Shown here: piece after piece, positions 54,246-64,000 of the stretch
How positions within the stretch are numbered: the stretch's first letter is position 1
How the letters are laid out: the number at the start of each line of letters is the position of its first letter
Source of the DNA: Eledone cirrhosa
Lineage: Eukaryota
Assembly: GCA_964016885.1 (NCBI GenBank)
Contig: CAXHJY010001169.1
Span: forward strand, 62,001-126,000
Reading direction: 5' to 3'
DNA: 64,000 nt
Translations under genes and position numbers: made by a program
Notes under the pieces: generated by a model
The model's database searches: none
Told to the model about the DNA's origin: nothing
Seen by the model: the letters and a program-made list of their open reading frames with translations, nothing else

Positions 54246-54857
54246 ATGGTGGCTGCCAACTCGTTTTCGAGTATGGCCACTACTTTATATCCATGTAGGA
54301 GAACCCCTACCGATGCGCTGAACGAGTGTGACTTTTTAGTCCAGCCAGCGATTTGAAAACTCTGGTACAAACACTACACTTGTGACAATTATTGACACAT
54401 AGTGCTGGGCCCATGGTACCATGTGACGACAAGTGCAGAGAGATCTCCAGATATAAAGCAATGCCTGTGCCGTGAAGCTTTTATAGTGAGAAAAGGCACT
54501 GCACAAAGCCAGTCCCACTCTCTTAACCAAGATGATATGTACCAAAAAGAAGAACAAGTCAACATCATTGGATACCATCAGGGTTGCAGGTGTTATATCA
54601 GAGTTTTCCTTCTTCTAGAATTCTGCCTTGACAAAGGCTAAGGGGTCATCTCTCCCGGTGATTTTGGATGGCCATTGACTCTTTAGAGCTCCTTTGCTCT
54701 TTGACAGGTTTTGTTTTTAGTCCTGCAGGATGTCCAAAGTCACCCTCCTCACCAAGAAACCTTGGTGGGGTTGCCAGTTTAGTCGCCAACGACCCGACCA
54801 TGAGACAGGTTGTACTGGGATACATGTTACCAGTAGCATCAACTGGTGACCTGACCA
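54246..54857 (-). mobile_element. bipartite non-autonomous RTE derivative (5' UTR-like + 3' end)
   Basis: The 54460-54665 region aligns with the RTE 5' UTR (53620-53850); the 3' part resembles the RTE zinc-finger end. Confidence 0.75.
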
Positions 54858-55604
54858 TACATACATACATACATACATACATACATACATACATACAATA
54901 TTTATGCTTCCGCGTGTGCTAGTCATTTACCTATTAGGTTACATGACTATATAAACAACACCGCATACGTAATTTGTTCACACACAAAGAAAATAATATG
55001 TATATAACAGGAAATCTCTCATATGAAAAGCAATTGACATTATATGAAAATAATTGAGCAGTGTCTAATAAAAACAAAACACACTGTTAAAGAAAGAAAA
55101 CGAAACGGTGTTGGTTCGAGGAAAACTCGATCCGCCTGAGGTCGCACTTAACGTCACCCCAGTTACGTTGGACAGCGGTACACTAGGATAGGGAAGGCCA
55201 GACATGACTCATGCTCCCGGATCATGTCAGGTTCTGTTGTCTTGTAGGGGATCTCTTTGACGTGTGTGCGGCTAGAAAAGATTGAGAAGAGATAGCGTAA
55301 CGGACTGAGGGACAGACGGACAGACAGCGCTATTATTATAATATAGATTATCATAAAATTTCTTTTCGTTTTTATTTTTATTAAACATTTTTTTTTTAAA
55401 TCAGAAAAGAAGGAATGAATTTGATTTCAAGAAAAAATAAACAATGTAGACAGCTGTATGGTTAAAGAGTTCGATTCACAATCATATGATTTCGGGTTCA
55501 GTTCCCCTGCGTAGCACCTTAGACAGGTGCCTTCTACTATACCTTGGATTGACCAGTGCCATGTGAATGAAATTTGGTAGACAGAAATTGTGCGGAAGCC
55601 CGTT

Positions 55605-55639
<35 letters not shown>

Positions 55640-55836
55640 TGTGTATGTGTGTGCTTGTGTAAGTGTGTCTCTGTTTATGTTTGTGTCATTATGTCCTGTA
55701 ATTTAGTGGTTCGACAAAGAGAGAAAGAGTCTGTATGTGTGTGTGTGTGTGTGTGTGAGAAAGAGAGAGAGAGAGAGTGTGTGTGTGTGAGAGATAGAGA
55801 GAGAGAGGGAGAGAGAGTGTGTGTGTGTGTGTGTCG

Positions 55837-55904
<68 letters not shown>

Positions 55905-56440
55905 TTTAAATAAGTACCAGATTTGAAAAAAAATAACTGTGGTCCATATGATCGAATAAATCCATTGAACATCGCCTCAGTCTAATAGCAGAAAACAATA
56001 ACATAATAAAATAATGTTGTTGGGTGGGTGGAATGGTGGAATTTCAGGAATTTTTCAAAGGATTCAGGTTTTGATTGGGAGCGGAACTTTAGTGCCGCTA
56101 ACACAAAGTACTGCGGCACGATATATTACGAGTATGCAACTTTTACGGTTTGAGTTCAAATCCCGCCGAGGATAACTTTCATCCTTACGGGGTCGATAAA
56201 ATAAAGTACCAGTAATGCACTGGGGTAATTACTGGCCTTGTGCCGCCAAAAGTAGAAACAATTATTCCAAGTATGTAAATGTGGTTGGTGTTAGACAAGA
56301 CATCCAGCTGTAAAATACCTGGCCAAATTTACAGTCCACGCCGGAGCAAGGTGCGACATGGTCAACTTTGGCTAGACTTGCCTCCCAGCGTGGACGACAC
56401 GTCTAATTTATGCAAGCATGGAAAAATGAACGCTATACAG

Positions 56441-56471
<31 letters not shown>

Positions 56472-56794
56472 AACGTGGATGACATTAAAATTTGTTAAAC
56501 GATAGGGAACGGCATTTTTTGCGTTGTATTCTAATGTCAAAATATTTCAATTTTCTTCTAACATCAGTAATATATAAATAATAATCACTTTGGTAATAAT
56601 GTGAATTTCTAAACTTTCATTTAAACTATTATATAATGTCATACTCGGTGAATGGGGATTTGAATTCTCAACATAATCGTCTGGTTAACATTTCTGTTTG
56701 TAGATCAAGGTTATATTATTGCTTGAACGTCTACATAGTAACTCATATAGAACACATACATCCACATAATGCACACACACTCACACTCACACAA

Positions 56795-56828
<34 letters not shown>

Positions 56829-56868
56829 GTGCGTGTGTATGTATTTATATAGGCGTGTACATATGTGT

Positions 56869-56945
<77 letters not shown>

Positions 56946-57294
56946 GAAACACACAGATACATGCGGACACACACATATACATGAATGCATCCACATCCAA
57001 CCGTGAGTTAATGGTGCCAACCTTACCGATGTTGCTCAATGAATGACTGGGACAGACCAGTCCGGTTGAACTAGACTGAACCAGTATCAGAGTTAAAAAT
57101 ACATTATGAAGAGAGAAGGAACATTATATATATATATATATATAAACGTGGTTGGTGTTAGGAAGGACATCCAGCTGTAGAAAACCTGCCAGACAGTCCT
57201 ATACGAGCAAGACAACCAATCTTGCCTCAAGTGGGACAATTCCCGTCTAAACCCATGCTAGCGTGGAAGATAGACGTTAAACGATGATGATGAT

Positions 57295-57477
57295 AATTGT
57301 TTCTACTTTAGGCACAAGGCCAGCAATTATCCAGTGCATTACTGGTACTTTATTTTATCGACCCCGTAAGGATGAAAGGCAAAGTCAACCTCGGCAGGAT
57401 TTGAACTCAGACCGTAAAGGGACGTAACTATGCTGGAAAGCATGGCGTCCGACCCTCTACCGATACTGCCAATCCAC
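57295..57477 (-). mobile_element. SINE family A
   Basis: Homology; TSD-like ACGAT(G/A)ATGATGAT. Confidence 0.85.
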
Positions 57478-57744
57478 GATAATGATGATGATATGTATAT
57501 ATATGTATATATGTATATGTATATATATATATAGGTCAATTAAGTGCCTGAAAAAAAATATATATGCATTCAAGAACTTTCTTTTTAGGCACTTAATTGT
57601 CCTATGTAACTATCACTCTAATACATCCTTGATATAGTTATAATAAGCTAACATGCCAAATCGTTTTCTCCAGGCTGAAGGTTCGGGCCACTACACTACT
57701 TTAAACACTACCTGTCCTACACGTCTTGTCACAGTTGACTGGTT

Positions 57745-58850
57745 CTACAATGTAATCGGGACGTGAGGACAACTTAGAGGCTCGATATGCAATAAAGTTT
57801 TGTGTCAAGCTCGGCAAATTCGCCGCAGAAACCTATAAAATGGTCAAAAACTGCTTACGGACTAACTTTCATGAGCCAGATGACTGTTTTTTGCTGGCAC
57901 AAGAGGTTCCAGGAGGACAGGGAGAAGGTTAGGGGTGATGAGAGTTGTGGCAGGGTGACGGACATCAGGACGCCAAAGTTGGTCGACAAAATTCGCAAAT
58001 TTCTGGACAAAGCCCGTTGTGCATCTGTTTTGACGATTACTAAACAATTTGAAGTGGCTGAGGACACAGTGCATAGAGGCATTCATGATGATCTGAACAT
58101 GCGCAACGTTTGGGCAAAGTTTGTTCCGAAAATGCTCAATGAAGATCAATGGCAGAGGCACGTTGATGACAGCAGGGAGATGGTTGAGTGGATCGCTTCC
58201 AATCCAAGTATTCTTAAGTTTCTGGTAACCTGTGACGAGAGCTGGGTTTACTGTTATGAGACCAAGAGACAGTGGAAACATTCTGAATCCCCAAGACCCA
58301 AGAAGGCCAGGCAAAGCAGGTCCACTGGGAAGCTCATGATAATCTCATTCTTCTACAGCAAGGGTATCATCTACATTCAATGGGTCCCACACGGTCAGAC
58401 AGTCAACAAAGAGTGCTATGTAGAGGTTTAAGGCAGTTCAGAAAGAGATTTCGTCGCAAGAGACCAGAACTCTTCAAGCTTGGTCAGTGGCACTTGAACC
58501 AGGTTAAAGCTCCCTGCCACAAATCCATCCTGGTGACCAACTACTTGGCTGATATGGAGATCAGGACTTAGCCTCATATGACTTCTGGATGTTCCTGAAG
58601 CTGAGGCAAAAGCTCAGAGGTATGCACTTTGAAGATATAGAGGAGATAATGGAGGCCGTGATAAGCGCCCTGGATACCTTCACTTTGGAGGACTACAAGG
58701 GGGCTTTCAGAAGTGGCTGGACACTACAACAAGTGCATTGAAGCCGGGCGATCGTACTTTGAGGGAGACTTGAATTTTGTGTTGATCCGAGTAAAATAAA
58801 TGTCTCTCTGATAAAAGTCTCAAAACCTTTTGAATGATTATTTTGATACG
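57745..58850 (+). mobile_element. degenerate mariner transposase pseudogene
   Basis: AKFVPKML, VTCDESWVYCYE, PKKARQSRSTGKLM, GQTVN, frameshifted LA.YDFW.FLKL and G.YFEG. Confidence 0.9.
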
Positions 58851-59093
58851 TGTATATATATATATATAATTATATATATATATATATAATTATATATATA
58901 TATAATTATATATATATATATATAATTATATATATATATAATTATATATATATATAATTATATATATATATAATTATATATATATATAATTATATATATA
59001 TATAATTATATATATATATAATTATATATATATATATATAATTATATATATATATAATTATATATATATATAATTATATATATATATATATAA

Positions 59094-60004
59094 TCTATAT
59101 ATATAAAACTGTGGTTGTCTGTCTGTCTATCGATTTTTGGCACACATCTCCTCTTAGAATCTCTCACGGAATTGCACCGAAATTGCTATACTTGTACATT
59201 GAGCCCTAGCGAAGACATCGGAAAAAAATATTTCAAATTGACCCACCCTATGTGACGAAATCGAATATAACGTATCGATTTTTGAGCGTAAGTTATCAGT
59301 TATTTCCCTTTGTTCTGTTTACATTGAGCGTCTTACGTAAAAAATTACGCTGGCTGTCTCAGCGTTTAAAATGACATTAACACAATACACGAATTCCATT
59401 TAAAAGCATTTTAAAACAATATTTTTACTTGAAAACAAGTCTATTTAAAGACTACGTAAAACAAGCAAATATTTCGTCGTTAGGCGTGCAGACAGACAGT
59501 CGTGCAGACAGATAGTCGTGCAGAGAGGTGATATACGCGTGCAGACAGATAGTCGTGCAGAGAGGTGATATAGGCGTGCAGACAGACAGTCGTGCAGAGA
59601 GGTGATATAGGCGTGCAGACAGACAGTCGTGCAGAGAGGTGATATAGGCGTGCAGACAGACAGTCGTGCAGAGAGGTGATATAGGCGTGCAGACAGACAT
59701 AACTGATAATTTGGTTACGCTAATGTTTTTCTCTGCGTTGCAGTGTTTACATTTTCGATCTTTGTTAATAAATAACCAGTGCAGTTTCTATCCCCAGCAT
59801 CCTCTTTTGTTATAACATTCGGGTTATCGTTATGTTTTCTTAACTTCATAAGGCATATTGTTGGTTGAGGGAATATTAATCAAAAACACCACATGCAAGT
59901 CTGCACAGTAGACACTACAGTTTTTAAGCCAAGAAAGAAACTTAACATTGTAACTTTAACACAGCTACTGAGCGACCCCGAGCAACGCCGGGCTTTACTA
60001 CTAG
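59094..60004 (+). mobile_element. non-autonomous Helitron with an internal 37-bp minisatellite, inserted in a TA-rich satellite
   Basis: A|TC(TA)nAAAACTG start; CCCGAGCAACGCCGGG hairpin plus CTAG|T end; AGGCGTGCAGACAGACAGTCGTGCAGAGAGGTGATAT repeats at 59482-59698. Confidence 0.85.
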
Positions 60005-60017
60005 TTATATATATATA

Positions 60018-60053
<36 letters not shown>

Positions 60054-60075
60054 TATATATATAATTATATATATA

Positions 60076-60145
<70 letters not shown>

Positions 60146-60195
60146 TATATATATAATTATATATATATATATATATAATTCTATATATATATATA

Positions 60196-60241
<46 letters not shown>

Positions 60242-60598
60242 TATATATATATATATATATATAATTATATATATATATATATATATAATTGGGAATCAGT
60301 AAAATCGAATCTCTGGCGGTTTGCAGGTAATTCGGCCTACTTATATGAAGTGATGGGTTAGCGAAGCACTCGATAAGATAGGTCTCAGAGTTATAACATA
60401 CGTTTAAATAGCTTGACAAATCGGACATTGTGGTAGGCTAAACTAACACACAATACATACCAAGGGGCCTTTCAGAAGTGTTATTGACTAATGTGAGAAA
60501 GAGTATGCAATAATATCGAAGTAGAGTTTACATAATATTTATTATGGCTAAGTGGTGAATCTTGTTACTCTGGAATTACTCACAGGGTTATCAGACTA

Positions 60599-60716
<118 letters not shown>

Positions 60717-60769
60717 TTGGGGCGGGTCATATTTGTGTAATAATATTGCCAGAATTATATATATATATA

Positions 60770-63388
60770 AATTATATAATTATCAAAGTTGTGTTCAAAT
60801 CATTTAATAGCTGACAATCGTTTCTTCCAAACTCTCATTTAAAGTCATCGGAGCATTATCAATGTTTGTACATGTAATTAACCTCCTATTCAACTGAACA
60901 ATAATATAGATACATATATATTGATGTTGTGAGCAACAGTTTCGTATTTACAGGGTGGAATGGATGTGACATATTTTACGATAATTGTACAAAAATTCAA
61001 ATTCAAATTCAAATTAAAACACAGAGTGGAATACATGCAACAGATAATACAGATAATACAAGAGAATATTCCAATAATTAAAGAGGCATTGTGAAAGGAG
61101 CTTTGAGAAAGAAAAGGTTCATTAGCAATACATATGCAGGTGTGTAGAAAGTGCACATGCGTTAGACATATATATGAGAAGGAAATAAACAAAGTTATTA
61201 TGCATATATACATAATAAATACTGTATTTTAAGCGAAAATGTAGTGTATTAAAATCTAAGGTGTACGTAGTTTGTTGATAGTGTCCGAATTTGTGTGTGT
61301 TGAGGAGAATACAGTTATTGCAATCTCTTCCATTACATATGTTGAATTATATTTTAGTTAATGTTTATATTGAATGTTTAAGTTAGTTAAAGCAATGGAT
61401 TGTAAATTAGTCTTAGTGTATCCATATACAGGGACTACATTAGCTCAACAGTTAGGTTTTCTAACGGTTAAAATATCCGGAAGTGAGTAAGGGGAGCTAA
61501 TGTGTAAGGGGAGGTAACTAGCTAATTAAATTCTGTTATTCAAAATCTTTGCTCTAATACACATTATAATGTGATACTATAGAATCTCTATTACATAATC
61601 CTATACATTTATACTTGATTTAAAACACATACATTTATACTTGATTTACATTAAAGCTCCCTTAAGATTGTTATCCATTCATTACTGGACAAGATATATG
61701 TTATGGAAAATAGCTGTTTATATGTTTAACTAGATATATCACCAGTGCAACAAAATACATTATTGTTTAAAAATTAATCCCATGCATACGATGCTATTAC
61801 ATTATATATTTAAATATAAATGTATATATACTTTATTATTACTACATTATGTTAAAGGTAGATCCCTTATATACATGTTATCAATTTAAGTATTTAATTA
61901 CACAAATGTCTATATAGTTTATTATTACATATTACATTAAATGTCTTTATATATTAAATATCCATTACTTTATATAATATAATTAAGCTATACTAGTTAT
62001 ACCAAAAGGTGGTAACTTTATGTTTAATTCTAACAGTTATTGCATAGTATAAGGTTAGAGGTACATAGGAGTTGTGTAGTGGGAAGAGCTGATCTAAGAG
62101 TGTGTAGTTGTGGGGGTTGATTAATCCTAGATGTGAAGTGTTAAAGGTGGTGGAGAATTCAAATCTGACATTGATATAACTAACAGCTAGGTTTAAAGTT
62201 ATGGAAAGAGTGACTGTATCGGTGTTGGCACGAGGAAAATGTCTCCGACTTTTTATTAAGGAGGTCTGGTTTCGAAAAGATTATAGTATGGGTCTCTAGA
62301 AGACAGAGATTACACAATTTATTCGGTGGTTTATACGATGAGGCCCTACCTACTACTTCCCATTGCAGTGTAAATGGTCTATTCCTAGTTTTCAGAGAGT
62401 GTACGTAGCTAGATAAAGAAGTGGAGTTGGCTAGATTGTGTTTCTTGAAAGAGTGGAGGTGCGAGTTGTATCTTATCTTGAAGCTGTTCGAAGTAGAGCC
62501 GATATATGTTTTAGAATAGTTGTTTGCGTTGACGGTGCATGAGTAGATGATGTCTTTGGCTAAGAAATTATTACCTAAGGGGCAAGTTCTATTAGTTCTA
62601 CAGTTACATTTATTCTGGGTGTTAGCTTGCCGGTTTCTATGTTGTGAAGAATTCTGGTTGCTATTTTAACCGTTAGAAAACCTAGAAAACCGTTAGAAAA
62701 CCTAACTGTTGAGCTAATGTAGTCCCTGTATATGAATACAATAAGACTAATTTGCAATCCATTGCTTTAGCTAACTTAAACATTCAATATAAACATTAAC
62801 TAAAATATAATTCAACATATTTAATGGAAGAGACTGCAATAACTGTATTCTCCTCAACACACACAAATTCGGACACTATCAACAAACTACGTCCACCTCA
62901 GATTTTAATGCACTACATTTTCGCTTAAAATACAGTATTTATTATCTATATATGCATAATAACTTTGCTTATTTCCTTCTCATATATATGTCTAACGCAT
63001 GTGCACTTTCTACACACCTGCATATGTATTGCTAATGAACCCTTTCTTTCTCAAAGGTCCTTTCACAATGCTTCTTTAATTATTGGAATATTCTCTTGTA
63101 TTATCTGTATTATCTGTTGCATGTATTCCACTCTGTGTTTTAATTTGAATTTGAATTTGAATTTTTGTACAATTATCGTAAAATATGTCACATCCATTCC
63201 ACCCTGTAAATACGAAACTGTTGCTCACAACATCAATATATATGTATCTATATTATTGTTCAGTTGAATAGGAGGTTAATTACATGTACAAACATTGATA
63301 ATGCTCCGATGACTTTAAATGAGAGTTTGGAAGAAACGATTGTCAGCTATTAAATGATTTGAACACAACTTTGATAATTATATAATTT
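60770..63388 (-). mobile_element. 5'-truncated PLE with ~710-bp inverted arms (60770-61475 / 62662-63388)
   Basis: Arms are near-perfect reverse complements and enclose a GIY-YIG coding segment. Confidence 0.9.
62180..62640 (-). pseudogene. PLE GIY-YIG endonuclease domain, open frame lacking its N-terminus
   Basis: KCNCRTNRTCPLGNNFLAKDIIYSC...KTYIGSTSNSFKIRYNSH...LQWEVV...CNLCLLE...LLNKKSETFSSCQH; not in the ORF track because there is no suitable start codon. Confidence 0.9.
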
Positions 63389-63520
63389 ATTTATTTTCCT
63401 GCTCTGTAAAACAACTGATGTTCATACATTGAGATATTTCTCTTACTGGTAATAAGGTAATAGGAAATTACTGACCTACCTGTTTATGGTTGTTTATACT
63501 ACATACATAACTATAAATAG

Positions 63521-63600
<80 letters not shown>

Positions 63601-63818
63601 TATTTACGTATCGAGAGAGAGAGAAAAAAAAGGGGAAGATAGGTGATACATATAGTTATTTGCCAAGTAGCGTATGCCAAAGGTGCTCGATACTAGTGCC
63701 GGCAGTATTAAATATTCGAAGTGTTAATATTTAGTGGGCTAGAGAATTAGCAGAGCGTAAGCACGTGGGAAAGTAAGAAATCGGAGAATAGACCGTTAAA
63801 ACATGTTTATTTAAAACA

Positions 63819-63858
63819 GCACCTACGTACGTTTCGCCCAGTTGGGCTTCTCAAGGGC
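63819..63858 (-). ncRNA. compact type I hammerhead with U3-A8 core, GUA triplet
   Basis: GCCC-UUGAGAA-GCCC AACU GGGC-GAAA-CGUACG-UA|GGUGC. Confidence 0.75.
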
Positions 63859-64000
63859 ATAAATAATCAAAAGTGTTCCTTACATTGCTCCGAAAGAGTT
63901 TTTGGGGTTAAATCCACGTCAAGGTTCATTGCTCGCAAAAATAGCTTATTTTGATTTTGCAGCGGGTCAAGGGAGGTAACTCTGACCGGTGTTAGGGCAG

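Noticed and set aside
60320-60480. Possible HHR with a very long stem II near the PLE end (minus strand)
   Set aside because: Core reads CUGAAAG/GAAU; too degenerate
62180-62640. Selenocysteine-type (in-frame TGA) PLE endonuclease
   Set aside because: No in-frame TGA at Cys positions in the visible frame

Overview
Gene-free, repeat-saturated eukaryotic (animal) DNA. The tRNA-derived SINE families and very dense (TA)n/(CA)n/(GA)n microsatellites resemble octopod cephalopod genomes (an inference, not verified). I could not support any host protein-coding exon; most ORF-track entries are microsatellite translations. The window holds many mobile elements: a nearly full-length RTE LINE, RTE 3' stubs, a 5'-inverted RTE-type insertion, CRE-like fragments, Penelope-like elements (PLEs), three Helitrons, three mariners, a hATm-like relic, hAT MITEs, more than 15 SINEs and a 5S rRNA pseudogene. 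The main signal is non-coding: about 11 type I hammerhead ribozyme (HHR) motifs. Six lie in a ~2.9 kb fold-back array of ~490-580 bp monomers (14053-16909) that looks like a retrozyme (circular-RNA-derived) concatemer, and each monomer carries an ATGCAAAT octamer. A diverged single monomer (23500-23981) has a covarying HHR, the same octamer and a 16-nt terminal redundancy, and is fused directly to a truncated PLE reverse transcriptase. Together these suggest a cephalopod retrozyme family mobilised by PLEs into (TA)n. Other HHRs have U3-A8 core variants or a U.U pair at the base of stem II. Ribozyme activity, transcription and circularity are inferred from sequence only.
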